A stretch of DNA of 64,000 bases from Azolla caroliniana. Its lineage: Eukaryota > Plantae > Polypodiophyta. The notes under the pieces were generated by a model, which saw only the letters and a program-made list of their open reading frames with translations, did no database searches and was not told the origin of the DNA. The stretch lies in the NCBI GenBank assembly GCA_043228905.1, contig JBHGNT010000001.1, forward strand, positions 36,828,001-36,892,000. Reading direction: 5' to 3'. The position numbers and the translations under genes were made by a program. This document shows positions 11,041 through 23,190 of the stretch, in pieces (the stretch's first letter is position 1; every line of letters begins with the position of its first letter).

Positions 11041-12599
11041 CCATAGCTGCAAAGGTTACTCACTTTTTACCTTGCAAGAATTCAATTTTCTACTAATCTG
11101 GTAGCCCTCCTTTCAAAACAGTGATCGGACAGAAAGGAAGAAAAGGTGCAAGTTAGCCATAGCCATAGCCGTAGCCGTAGCTAGTTCAAAGCTAGCTAAC
11201 CCTTTACTCATGGTCCATGGTCATTCACTCTCCGGGTAGTAAACAGATGTAGCAGATCAGAAAATGACTAGCTTTTAGCTTACGTAAGGTCCACGGAAGG
11301 AGCCTATTCAATCAGAAAGGGTCATCTATCCCATCAGATGACCGACCTGCCATGGATCCTTAATGAACCCTTCCTTTTTTTTGTCTCAATCATGACCTGT
11401 GCCATATAACTCTTTTTCTCCTTCTTTTCTGGTTTTGCACTAAAAAGAAAACCTCCTTTTCTTGCTATTTTTACACTCGTTTGATCCTTGGCTCTCATCT
11501 CATCATCTCGGAGGGGGTTGCCAAGCAGACGCTGGAATTCGGGAACTCGATTGAGGATTAGTAAGTAATGTTGAAACTTGAGACACCTCAATCGTGTTCA
11601 CATTGCAAGTTAGCCAGCAAACGATCCCTACGGTTCCGTTTCTTTTTTCACAGAACTTGATTAGGAAGTCAAGACATAGTAAATTATATATGACTTAGCT
11701 TAAGCTACCACTATTTTATATGTGCGATGCGAGGCGGTGTTCACCCAACCTATCTATCATAAATAAATCACACAACAGTACATTGGGGTATCTACATGGT
11801 GAATGTTAGGTCTAGTTCACAAGCATGGTAATGAAACACACATGTCTTATCGCTGTTGTATTTGAATTTACCAATGGAAAAATGGGTGGAATATCTCGAT
11901 CCAAGCATATCTTGTTGAAGAAAGAGAAGGTGGGAACCAATGCAAAATAAGGGCCTCCCTCGATTTCCAAAGCGATATATATATTCTTATATATGAAAAC
12001 AAAATGAAAGTTCATAATATGGGAAAAGTAAAGGTGATTGCCTTACGACACTTTAACTAATCCAAATCCCAATTTGTGATTTCTTAGGTTCTTTTTCAAC
12101 GTGACAACTCCCTTTCAAATTGATCCATAATTGAATAAACAATTGATGATTGTCATGTTGAACTATACCTAGTTTTGTGAGTACGTGTCCATTTGGATAT
12201 GCTTTTGTTCATGTTGTGTTTAATATAAAAAGCAATGGTTTTGTTCTTATTTCATTTGGTTTTGCTTTGTTAGCCAAACAAAAGTGTCCAATCGTCAAGA
12301 ACACCTTTTCTTCTTATTATTATTTCGCATGGACAAGGTCATCCCTTGTATGTTGATGTGTCGACCTAATTGTTTGCACGTGGTTTATTGGAATCTGAGG
12401 GGTTGGGCATTTGCTTGGATGGTGACCCCTTGATATCTACCATTTGATGGTCTCTCCTTAGCCATTCATCTCATTCGATACCTACAATCAAGCACGTGAT
12501 ATGGACCAAAGGGCCATTGAGAGTTGTGATGGATATTATTGTTTATTCACTCACTGCAGTTGTCTTAGTCCCTTGGCTTGTCAACTTTTGACTCTTATG

Positions 12600-13780
12600 T
12601 TTGGAAGAGCACTCTCCAAGGTGAAATATTGTTGTTGTTAATGAAATGATGTTAGCCTACCCAAGAATACAAAGAAGGACATTTGCAACATGCAAGATAT
12701 GGCCAACAAGCCCATCTTGGCAAGTATGTCCATAATCTGCATGTAGTGGATTAGGATGAAAAGGCTTGGTAAGTTGGGTTGTTTTTTATTTGGGTTCGAT
12801 GAAATGATGAGTTTGTTTGCCTACATCGTGCAATGATGGATCGATTGGGTATTTGCCAAGTTGCTTTCCATTATGTCAAGATGTATATGTATAGAGGTGG
12901 TCGTGCTTGAATTGATAACTTCATGCACACAAAATAGATTGATTATTTGTGTAGGTTAATATTGGGGTAGCGATCTTATTTTCTAGATCAATTTCAATCT
13001 TCACATTTGTCTATTTTGTGGCTCAAAATTATTACCATTCTTTTGTGTTATAGGAGTTCATCTAAAACTCGATAAGTGTTTGATATGAAATGCTTGCCGA
13101 ATAAATGAGAACCCACATGATAAAACATGCTATGTTTGAATGATTTTGACTAATTCAATTAACAATGAATTGGAAACCATTTTAACATGTCATTTCATAT
13201 ATTTAGAAAAGGTGTCCATCATCTAAAACTACAAAGGTGGAATAAGAAAAGGCAAATAGGCGTGGAGGCCATGGTATCGAGATCATAAGTAGAAATGAAA
13301 GTTAACACCACAACAAGGTACCATATCTATGGTAACTGACCATGACACGATTATGTGCAAATACATACAAGAATAAAAGAGTATCATCGTTGGGTCACTG
13401 AAGGGGACAATAAGAGTAGCTAGGAGGATGACGTATGGAAAGCCATAGGCTACGTCCACAACTAAAACTTCCACCATCCCCAACGGAACCACATGAAGGC
13501 GTAAGTATGGCAATCGAGGTAGGATAGGAATATCATATACATCAATTATTAGCAAACACAGCCATACACATGGGGCTCTCTTGATTACTTTCATTGATAT
13601 CTTAGGTGTGCCTAGGCATGTGGGAGACATATTATTTATGTTGCCAAAATATTGAACAACGAAAAACAATGGAGGAGGCTACCAGCAGGTAGGTAATTGC
13701 TAATAGGTATGGTAAAATCTCTTAACACCTAAAAGGTGTGACGACTCACTCGCCCAGTTTCTCGAGTGAGTTATAACATC
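12600..13780 (+). mobile_element. Possible degenerate hAT (DUF659-type) transposon relic
   Basis: Weak remnants (ttccattatgtcaagatg resembling SIMSD near 12866) and ACTCG/CGAGT-rich subterminal-like sequence at 13743-13780. No intact ORF. Confidence 0.3.
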
Positions 13781-14029
13781 AGAATAGAGTGAAAACAAGG
13801 GAATGTATACGGCAGAAGGAGCTGAGGCCTAGCGGAAATTTGGAAGATGGGTTCTTTGAACAGAATGAAATATAAGAGAATGCATATAGCGAGAGGGAGC
13901 TCAGTCAGGCCCAGCGATTATGCTTCAAAAGGAGCGGAAATATGAAGTGGGGTCCTTAGATTCCCTCTTGTATAGTGTGGGTCTGGGTCGATTGATTTAT
14001 TTCTGATATAATATGTATTCGTCGCTGGA

Positions 14030-16705
14030 ATGCGCAGAGCCCACATAGTGTGCTTTCATCTTCATCGCCGAAAAGCAAATTTCTCCACAGCTCTTGCACA
14101 GAAGGTGCAAAATACACATGTCTTTGAAGGTTTGATAAGATCACTATGCAAAGAAGGCCGTCTTAAGGAGGCTATTAACATTATGGAAAAATTAGATAAA
14201 AAGAAACCCTTTATATGGATGAAAACTTTTCACTGCCTTCTAGATGTATGTGCACTCGAAGGAAACATAGTATCAGGGTTAGAGGTACATTACCTTATCA
14301 TCAAACATGGGTTCAGTTCAAATGCTTTTATCGCCCGGAGATTGATTAGAATGTTTGTGGCTTGTGAAAGCTTATCAAAGGCTAATGAAGTGTTTTCTCA
14401 ATTGGTAGAACAAAGTGTGTTCACATGGTGTTCAATCATATTAGCTCATATGAGGCTAGATAACAATATTGAACAAACTCTTGAGTTATTTCGTCGAATG
14501 CATCTCTCGAATGTGATGTTAGATTCTCACACATATGTGGTTATTCTTAAAGCTTGCTCCAATTCTGCCTCACTATGTCAAGGCAAGATTTTCCATCTCT
14601 ACATCCTGCAAGAAATCAGCTTGCAATCTAATGTAGTGGTAGGGAACGCTCTTATAAGTTTGTATATAAGTTGTGGAGTCATCGATGATGCGAGAAAAGT
14701 GTTCATTGAACTACGAGAACGGGATGTGGTATCGTGGAACACAATGATTGGTGGATTCTCTTCCCTTAATGAGGGAAGTCATGAGGCTTTCAATTTCTTT
14801 TGGCAAATGCAAATGGAAGGTGTTGAGCCTGATAGAGTTACATATATTCATATGCTAAGAGTATGTACATATGTGGAATCCTTAACATTAGGAAAGTTGA
14901 TTCATGGGTTCCTCTTTGAGCATGGAATTACTTTGAGTGAAGCCATAGGAAATGCATTGATCGATATGTATGCAAAGTTGGATAACTTGGAGGAGGCTTG
15001 TAAAATCTTTAGAAGAATGAAAGCGCCTACTTTGGTAACATGGTGTGCATTAATTGATGCCCATGGACAACAAGGACTTGCCCTTGAGGCTCTTGAGCTT
15101 TTTGAAGAGATGCAAGCAAAGTTTATAGATCCAGATGAAATTTTGCTTGTAACTATTCTAAGGCCATGCACCGAGGTACGAGCCCTTGATCATGGAAGGC
15201 ATATCCATGCCTGTATAATAAAAAAGGGTTATGTAATAGATGCAATAATTGGAGACTCTCTTGTGAGTTTCTACTGTAGATGCGGAAAGGTCAATGATGC
15301 TAGAGTTGTGTTTGATGCATTGCACGAGGTTAATGCTGTCACATGGAGTACAATAATAACTGGATATGCACAAAAGAGACAATTCCGAGATGCATTGTTT
15401 CTTTTCTCGAAGATGCAATATGCAGGCGTGTGTCTGGAACAAAGCACATATCTTAGTGTCTTGAAATTGTGCACCTGTGAGATTGATGTAAGCTGGGGAA
15501 TGGTTCTACATGATCAAATTGTGAAGATAGGACTAGAAACCAATGTATTTATTGCATGCGCCCTCATGAAAGCCTATATAAGATCTGGGAGTCTATCAGA
15601 TGCCCGCCTTATCTTCAATAAGTCAACGAAACAAGATGTGATGATATGGAATGTGATGTTGTCTGGCTATGCACAACATGATGGTGTAGAGGCTTTGCAT
15701 TTTTTTGTGCAAATGCATGAAAAAGGGCACGCAGACCTACTAAATGCAACTACATTTTCAAGTGTCTTGAAGGCATGCCGTGTAACAGGAGCTCTTCGTA
15801 GGGGGAGGATAATTCATAGTTACATTCTCGAAAGAGGAGTTCAAGCTGATACGCACTTAGGAACTGGTCTTACCATGATGTATGCAATGTGTGGGGTCCT
15901 TCGAGATGGTTGCAAAGCATTTGAAGATGGACCAAAGGATGCTGTGTCATCTTGGAATGCAATCATTACAGGGTGTGCACAACATCAAGATTATGATTCA
16001 GCACGACAATATTTTGATCTGATGTTAAGGAGAAACTTGAAACCCAATAATGCGACATTTGCTAGTCTCCTTTCTTCTTGCAATGTAAGAGCTGCTATTC
16101 AGCTTTTCAAGGAGATGATGAATGAATACCACATATTAGGGGAGTCTAATCATTATGATTGCTTTATCAATCTCCTTGGGCGAGGAGGGTATCTAAGTGA
16201 TGCAGAGAATATACTCTTGACCATTCCAATGCTTCCATCGTCATCATCATTAGAGGTTGACAATACGGGGTGGATCTCTTTACTCAACAATTGCAAAGCT
16301 CATGGAAATGTGGAGTTAGGAGAAGGATGCTTCGACCATTGGGTCTTAAGGAATGGTAAGAATGCGGCCGGATATCTTCTCATGTCTGATATATATGTGG
16401 AGAAGGGCATGTTTGAGGATGCGGAAAATGTAGAGAAACTCCGTAATGGTGTGAATGCATGGAAGAAGCCAGGAAAGGCATGTCTCGAGGTCTATAATGA
16501 TGTATATGAGTTTGTTGTGGGAGATGCCTCGTCGCCTCCAAATCTTGATGTCAGAGAGAAGTTTCTGAGGTTGAAAGTGAAGTTAAAAGATGAAGGATAC
16601 TTCCCTAATTTTCATTCGGCATTTCAATCATATAGCATGACTTTGCAAGAGGTAAAACAAACTGTAGCTGGAAATCAAGTTCCATTGCTTGCTACAATGT
16701 CATAA
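14030..16705 (+). CDS. PLS-class pentatricopeptide repeat protein, E/E+ type without DYW domain (organellar RNA-editing factor), 891 aa
   Basis: Intronless ORF with repeated P-L-S motifs (DVVSWNTMIGG, GNALIDMYAK, PDRVTY). E domain (W.SLL..CK.HGN.ELG), PG box (KKPGKACLEV...FVVGD) and E+ segment (LKDEGYFP). No HSEKLA or CxxC. Basic N-terminus could be a transit peptide. Confidence 0.95.
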   Translation: MRRAHIVCFHLHRRKANFSTALAQKVQNTHVFEGLIRSLCKEGRLKEAINIMEKLDKKKPFIWMKTFHCLLDVCALEGNIVSGLEVHYLIIKHGFSSNAFIARRLIRMFVACESLSKANEVFSQLVEQSVFTWCSIILAHMRLDNNIEQTLELFRRMHLSNVMLDSHTYVVILKACSNSASLCQGKIFHLYILQEISLQSNVVVGNALISLYISCGVIDDARKVFIELRERDVVSWNTMIGGFSSLNEGSHEAFNFFWQMQMEGVEPDRVTYIHMLRVCTYVESLTLGKLIHGFLFEHGITLSEAIGNALIDMYAKLDNLEEACKIFRRMKAPTLVTWCALIDAHGQQGLALEALELFEEMQAKFIDPDEILLVTILRPCTEVRALDHGRHIHACIIKKGYVIDAIIGDSLVSFYCRCGKVNDARVVFDALHEVNAVTWSTIITGYAQKRQFRDALFLFSKMQYAGVCLEQSTYLSVLKLCTCEIDVSWGMVLHDQIVKIGLETNVFIACALMKAYIRSGSLSDARLIFNKSTKQDVMIWNVMLSGYAQHDGVEALHFFVQMHEKGHADLLNATTFSSVLKACRVTGALRRGRIIHSYILERGVQADTHLGTGLTMMYAMCGVLRDGCKAFEDGPKDAVSSWNAIITGCAQHQDYDSARQYFDLMLRRNLKPNNATFASLLSSCNVRAAIQLFKEMMNEYHILGESNHYDCFINLLGRGGYLSDAENILLTIPMLPSSSSLEVDNTGWISLLNNCKAHGNVELGEGCFDHWVLRNGKNAAGYLLMSDIYVEKGMFEDAENVEKLRNGVNAWKKPGKACLEVYNDVYEFVVGDASSPPNLDVREKFLRLKVKLKDEGYFPNFHSAFQSYSMTLQEVKQTVAGNQVPLLATMS

Positions 16706-17653
16706 GGAATGTATATTGAAAAACCTGAAATTTAAGTCATTGGGGCATTATCCAAATCTATGGGCTAAGTGGCAGTTCTAACAGCAATAAGCCCATGGTG
16801 GGTCCATTGCTTGCTACAATGCAATATGTGGTATCATCAACATCAAGTTATTTATGCCATTTCCATATTCTCCTATTCTATGAATAGAAAGCCAATTCAA
16901 GTTGTTTATACACGTGTGCAAAATGTACATGATGAAGAATGTGACATTTATGACAACTCTATGGCTTGGATCATAATTTTGATGGGTTCAATCTAAAGAT
17001 TTATCCTGTCATGTATCTATTGAGCCTCAAGAATTGTCTATTATATGAACCTAAAGCTTGTATTTTGTGGGTCTATACCCTTGATCTATGACAGTATATT
17101 ATAATCTTGACATCTCAATTAGAAACATGTTGAATCTTTGTTTTCATCATGCATCTATTGTACATGGATACACATTCATACTGAATAAGTAAATTTCAGC
17201 TTTAGTCAGTTTGGCACAAACACAAACATATGCAACATGCACATTCACATAATTATATGCTTCCCCTAATGATCTTAGTTAACTACCCAGAAAGGTGGAG
17301 GTTAGCCCACTTAGGTCAATGCATTCAATTCTTGTATTAAATGACGATTACCATGTCCCCCCTCCCTCTGACACAAATTTTTTCCTTGGTCAAAGAAGAA
17401 TGTGATCATAAAATTCCTCTGTGTTAGCAAATTGCACCAATTTTTTTTGCCATTTAAACAACTTGAAATTATGAGTGCGTTAGATACTCGCTTTTTTATG
17501 CAAATTGGCTCATATTTGCCTCACAACACTTCTTTAGGCTCTAATACCAATCGTTTTGGTGATGATCTAATATGCATAATATGGAGATTCTTTTAAGATG
17601 ATTTGTGGCTTGATTGTGAGGAGTTATGGTTGTTGTTTTTATACATATATGTA

Positions 17654-17693
<40 letters not shown>

Positions 17694-18570
17694 ACACAAA
17701 CTCAAGGCTTTGGGTAAGGAGATTCAATGCCACGAGTTGTAGAATTCATAGTAATTGAATGTTGGGCTTTTGCCATGTAACATTATTGCCCAATTTCTAA
17801 GAGGGTGTTTGCTAATATACAAATCATGTAGTTGCTCGAAGTAAGACCAACAATAAAGTTACTGAGACATTGTTTGCACACTAGAGTAGAAAGTCAAAGA
17901 TTTTTCTCTATGCATAACACCATAAAATTGAGATATTCCTCATAATCCTTGGTTATGTTTATGAGTATCGTTTGAGCGTTTTTCCTTCTTTCTTGAAATG
18001 CTTGTTGTGTTTGACACTAGAGAATGCTTCACACTATTCTTGAATACATACACGCACACACACATGGATGGGTGCATGTATGTAGTATATACAAACATAT
18101 GTAAACATATATAGAATCATTTTCACAATTTTGAATTATTGCAACATTAATCTTGAGCTTTTCGTTAGTTCCCCCGTAAAGCGGTAAACTAGTAAATGTT
18201 AGAAAAAAAGGTTGAAGCATCTTGCAATGATGTACATAACCGATTGGATGGATTGGAAGCATTATAGATTGGGGATAGAGATGAATCAACTACATACTAA
18301 TAACAATAATGGATCACATAATCGAGGAAAATGAGGCAACAAAATGTATACGTATAACAAGGCTTAGATGTAACATAAGTATTTCCTCTCCTCTAAACTA
18401 TATGTATGTAAATGTTACATAGTTGGGACTATGTATGTAATGTTGTACATATATAGTTGGGAGGGGAGGGCATCTCTGAAAATATGGGAAAACCGAGATC
18501 TTAGACTGATATTTCATTTCAGAATGTCCAACTTCCCATTCTTGTCCACCTGATGTGAAAGGAAACATAC

Positions 18571-18598
18571 AAACCCTAATTTGTTAGCTGTATATATA
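18571..18598 (+). promoter_or_regulatory. Telo-box + TATA promoter of the snoRNA gene
   Basis: AAACCCTAA at 18571-18579 and TATATATA at 18591-18598, about 50 bp upstream of the snoRNA. This pairing is typical of plant snoRNA and ribosome-biogenesis genes. Confidence 0.7.
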
Positions 18599-18646
18599 CT
18601 TCGACATAGCTGCTCCCAGCGTCGTGTCGGAGTGCGAAGCTTTCCA

Positions 18647-18727
18647 TGGCCAGTGATGATCGAAAATGATATATATTACCTACATTGTCAGATTTCATAG
18701 TTGATGAGAAATCAGTAGCTGAGGCCA
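18647..18727 (+). ncRNA. Box C/D snoRNA, U34/snR62-like (guides 2'-O-methylation of a U in 25S rRNA)
   Basis: Terminal stem TGGCC/GGCCA. Box C GTGATGA 18653-18659, D' CAGA 18689-18692, C' TTGATGA 18701-18707, D CTGA 18719-18722. D' guide TTACCTACATTGT (18676-18688) is complementary to LSU rRNA ACAAUGUAGGUAA. Confidence 0.88.
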
Positions 18728-19375
18728 CAAGAAAGCTCTTTCTCTCTCTCTCTCTCTCCTTAGTTTTCGATTACTGTTTCTCCCCTGCCCTTCTTGTTAT
18801 TTAATTTTATGTTGTTTTCTTCCTCTGTAGTTTCTGCTTCTGTTTTCTGGGTCTTTGTTTCCTTGCTTGCTTATCGTCCTTTCTTTGTATCATACTTTTG
18901 CATATGAAATATGTGACTTGTCTGTGCTCAGATTTAATGTGTTAAATAGGATACTGTATAGCTACTGTGGAGTAAGACTGGTTGCCATATACATGACCGA
19001 AAGACATACACGACAAACCCGTGATTTAACTTTAGACAGAACTAATCCACAAAACTCGCCGTTAGAAATCAAGAGATAATGTATAACAGTATGACCGGCC
19101 AGACGCATAGCTTACAAATGCCTCTATTACACAAATTTGGTCATGTCCCAACCACTATTACACAATATCCAGCATCATGACACATATCATGTATCCCTGC
19201 AGATAATAGTTCTTCGCGCAGTTGATATTACATTTGATGCCAATCATTCCATTGGTAACAGGTGACACAGTATGAAGACTATGTCGTATCCCCGATTTTA
19301 ATTATTTTCTACCAATATAACTGAACATTGTCTCTCGAATGCTTTAAGATTCGTGGAATGGTCCAATCTTGTAAT

Positions 19376-19681
19376 CTAGTTTTGATTGTCCTCTTCCATT
19401 GACTGAGCAAAGTCTGTTGAAAGCTTGGCGTAAAGCTCTACAATTTGGGAGATGTTCCCATTGAGCTCCCGGATTAGGCCCACATTGCGGGTGAGTTTCT
19501 CGGGTAATTTGCTCTCGTGGTTCTCATTAATTTCATGGATAAGGATTCGGTTCTGGTCTAGGATTTCCTGTACTTGGGAGAACTTTGTCTGGAAATTCTG
19601 CCAAACCTGGTGCCTCTGGATAATGTTAACGTATTTCTCATGAATCTCCTCCTGGATTGGGAACTTCTCATTTCCGGCCAT
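19376..19681 (-). CDS. ELF4: EARLY FLOWERING 4-like (DUF1313) protein, 101 aa from the first in-frame ATG
   Basis: VWQNFQTKFSQVQEILDQNRILIHEINENHESKLPEKLTRNVGLIRELNGNISQIVELY matches the ELF4 family consensus. The track's start at 19729 is a GTG; the ATG is at 19681. Confidence 0.93.
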   Translation of the reverse strand: MAGNEKFPIQEEIHEKYVNIIQRHQVWQNFQTKFSQVQEILDQNRILIHEINENHESKLPEKLTRNVGLIRELNGNISQIVELYAKLSTDFAQSMEEDNQN

Positions 19682-20019
19682 CTCATGTGGTTGCCCTATA
19701 GGCTCCCAGTAGATTGCTTCAGGAAACACCTTATTCTGAATACAAGCATCAAAACAAGCTCACCTGTCTTCCTATTTCTGCACGTATTGTCTACCTGTGG
19801 CTGTCTTAGTATCTGCCTCTGAGTTTCTTTCTTATCCTCTGTAGCGATCAGCCCTCTTTCTCTCAATTCCTCTCTCCTCTCTACCAAAATCTAACTTCTT
19901 TACTCTGTGTCTGTGTCTGTGTCTGTGTGTCTCTCTCTCTGGTTTTCCGGATCTGAGCAGTATCTTTTGGCGGGCGATTTATGTACATAATTATACGGAC
20001 TCGAGAGAGATTTTGGGCA

Positions 20020-20147
20020 GATTCGAGATCCGGAAGAAAAGATGATAATATCTTGGCCCTTTTTAGACTACACTCCCATAGGTCCACATGGGCGAAGAAA
20101 ACCAATGGCGTGAGGCCACGTGGTGGAGCCTCGATCCACCCACGTGG
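20020..20147. promoter_or_regulatory. ELF4 promoter motifs: LUX-binding-type GATTCG, evening-element core AATATCT, two G-boxes
   Basis: GATTCG 20020-20025, AATATCT 20047-20053, CCACGTGG at 20116-20123 and 20140-20147. Confidence 0.6.
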
Positions 20148-20492
20148 CAGAAATTTTATTATTTTGTATTCCCCTCTCAAAATACTGTTCCTTTTGAAAT
20201 TTCTGTGTCGCCCATCTCACCCATCCCCTCCTTTCTTTTACAGCCTCGCTCTGTCTGTGTCTGTCCTTCTGTCTGCCTGTGCCTGTGGACGGCATTTTCT
20301 TTTAATTCTAAATGAATGCTTCGTATGATCGATTTCTCACTGAGACAATACATAATATTTAGTAGTAGACTTGCTCTTTATCTCCACTTTTCTTTCATGT
20401 ACTCTACTTACCTACCTACAAAATAAATGAAAGATCGTGAACCACTTACACACATTATTACCACACGAACACACCCACCACCGTCACACACA

Positions 20493-20532
<40 letters not shown>

Positions 20533-22168
20533 GATTGTGATCACGATTCACGTATGCAACAAGAATGTTGTTGAATTGATATATATTTGGCAAATATCGA
20601 AGAATCAAATTTAATGTAGTGGAAATTTTGGATGTTAGAGCATGTGGGGATCATTTCCTCATCTGCATATTCAGGTTTTCTATTGGCTTTAGAAGACTAA
20701 AAATTTGGGAACAAACGAATTCTACATACCATTAATATAATTGTGTGTTCTTACCAAAAAGAAAAAAGAGGCAGGGTTGCCACATTCAAGCATGCCAAAC
20801 AAATCGAAAGAGGGGGGTGTGGGTTTATCATGTTCACTTAGAAACGAAGGAATTAGGGCACGAAGTTCTGATCATGGTACATATTAGGTAAGAATTGCAA
20901 TCATGTTTGTTGAATAAAGCAAATGGAGGTCCCAAATTCCGATATTTATATTCACAAGAATGCATGTGATGTCTTTGGTTACCCTTGTTTCCTTGACCAA
21001 TGCCATAGGCTCCTACAATTCTTTTTTTTATGGTACATAATAGTTTACGATTCATCTTTGGAGATGAGAGGAAAAGCATAATCAATTTTTGTCTTTCGCA
21101 ATTAGATATGATACATTTATTAAGGCTGAAAATAAAAGGAATAGCACATTTCATAAAAAAGAAGGAAAAACACCAAAACGCCTTAGATTTGCCCTTCAGT
21201 TCTTAAATGCCGCAAAGCTAAGTTTTTGCTACCTTCGTGATAACTGACTTCATTGTTTGTTAATCAAGAAGTTTTTCTTAAAAACTTGAATGCCCCTTTC
21301 TTTTTTTTTATTCTAGTTATGGGCCTATGAAGAAAACACAGCGAAGACTTAGTATGTGTATTGCTTGAGCCATTTTAGATATTCACCACTAGACAGACCA
21401 CTTGGATGACTAATATTCACTACCATGATCCAGTGTGTTGTTTAAATTGAAACCAACAATGCCAAACCATAATCATATAGGGTTGATTTGTGTCGGTTCA
21501 TTGTGTAACATATAGTATTCATTACACTTATTAGTGATCAAGAGACGTTCCTAGGAGGAGGTGAGCATGACATTTCGAGTGTCATAGCATTTACTATTGA
21601 TGAACAATACTCTCCAAAGTCACTCAAAGGTGCATTAAATATTTATTTACGATGCAATCATGTCTCAGGCAAAGTATATATCGGGCAATAATGAGATGGT
21701 GCAATAACAAAATCTATTATTGGGCATTGTTCAAAGCAAGGGTCGAGTCTTGTGAAATAGGTTTTCAGATGACAAGGAATCGAGATAACCTTCTTTCAAA
21801 GTGACTTTATTATGATACCCTTAACTTCTCTTGAGCAATCGGCTTAGATACCGAGCCATGAGGTACTCAAAAATTACTCGGCAAACAACTCTTTAGCGAG
21901 GTTTCCGAAAGTGTGTGTAAGGTCGCGAAGGTTTTAGAAACTGCGTAAAATGCCCCCCCTGAGTTTTTAGAATTCGCATTGGGAATACCCTCACAACTAT
22001 AGCAATTATGTACATACATACATTTGATCTCCTCAAATTGGCTCATGGAGCACGGAAGAAGCAAAGCTATGGTGAAGCCATGCTCCGGATCCTTTGATTC
22101 CACGCAACATCGACACCTCTTTCCTCTCTGTTCCCTCTCTCCCTATCCGACTCTTCTTCCCTTCATCC

Positions 22169-23190
22169 ATGGCCACAAACCCTCGTAACCCTACTCACCC
22201 TAACCCTAACCCTAACCCCGACCCTCCTTGCTCTCTCGAAGCTTTGTCTCTTCTCAACTGTGTCACTGACAAGCCGTATGATCCCGAAAGATGCATTGCG
22301 CTTCTTTCTGTTCTTCGATCTTGCGTCGAGAAAAAGGTAGGTTCAATATATCATCGTCTTCCTCTACTTCTAAATTCCATGCAACGTGCTTTTTGTGCTA
22401 TTTCTCTTGCGGTTATCTACACATACTGATTGTATCATCACATGATAGGTTTAAGCGGTATTTTTTCTTCAAGAGTTATGTATGTATATATATTCTGTTT
22501 AATCTGATAGAAATGATGGCTTGAGATCATGGTTGCTTTTTTATTCAGTTTTGGTAATCAAGCAATGGTGAGTTCCAGATACCACACACATTATTAGTTC
22601 ACACATTTCTTGCTTTTTCATCCAGTGTTTCTAAGCATGCCATGATTTTTAGGGTTTAGGCGTCATATACCAGTAGCTCTTATCAAAGTGATTGGTTCAG
22701 ACAGTTACTGCCTTGTGAATTAGTAGTTCTTGGTATCTCATGGTCATTTACACATACTAGTGGATCTCAATAAAATGATAGGTTAAGACAATTCGTGCCA
22801 TTTTAGTAATTCATCGGAAGAGTGTCATGAGTTTTTAGGGGGTTTAGTGCTTAGGATTGCATATATCCGAGACTCATTAAAATGAATGGTAGGAATCTTC
22901 TTTCCTTTTGATTCAGTTTTTCCAAGCATCTTATACTAATTTTTATATATTATCATCTGATACAGACCATTCTTGACTTTCGGTTTAGTTTTTCTATATT
23001 CGTTGTGTGCATTTGCATGTACCGTGGGTATCATATAATGATAGCTTCCGACTGATCATGCCTTTCAATACGATTTTTCGCTCAACTTTCAATATGGTTT
23101 GGTCTTATAATGCAGAACGTTATCAGGTTTTCACTAGCAAAAGAAGGGACAGGTTCATTACCTGCAACACAGCCAAGGACATCTAATTGA
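22169..23190 (+). CDS. Small twin-CX9C (CHCH-type) protein, 80 aa, 2 exons, probably mitochondrial
   Basis: Exons 22169-22336 and 23116-23190 (AAG|gtag...tgcag|AAC, phase 0). Motif C-x9-C-x10-C-x9-C followed by VEKKNVIRFSL. Confidence 0.85.

Noticed and set aside
11334-11600. 85-aa ORF and a 9-bp inverted repeat (CGATTGAGG/CCTCAATCG) upstream of the BTB gene
   Set aside because: No recognisable domain, and the stem is too short for a miRNA precursor.
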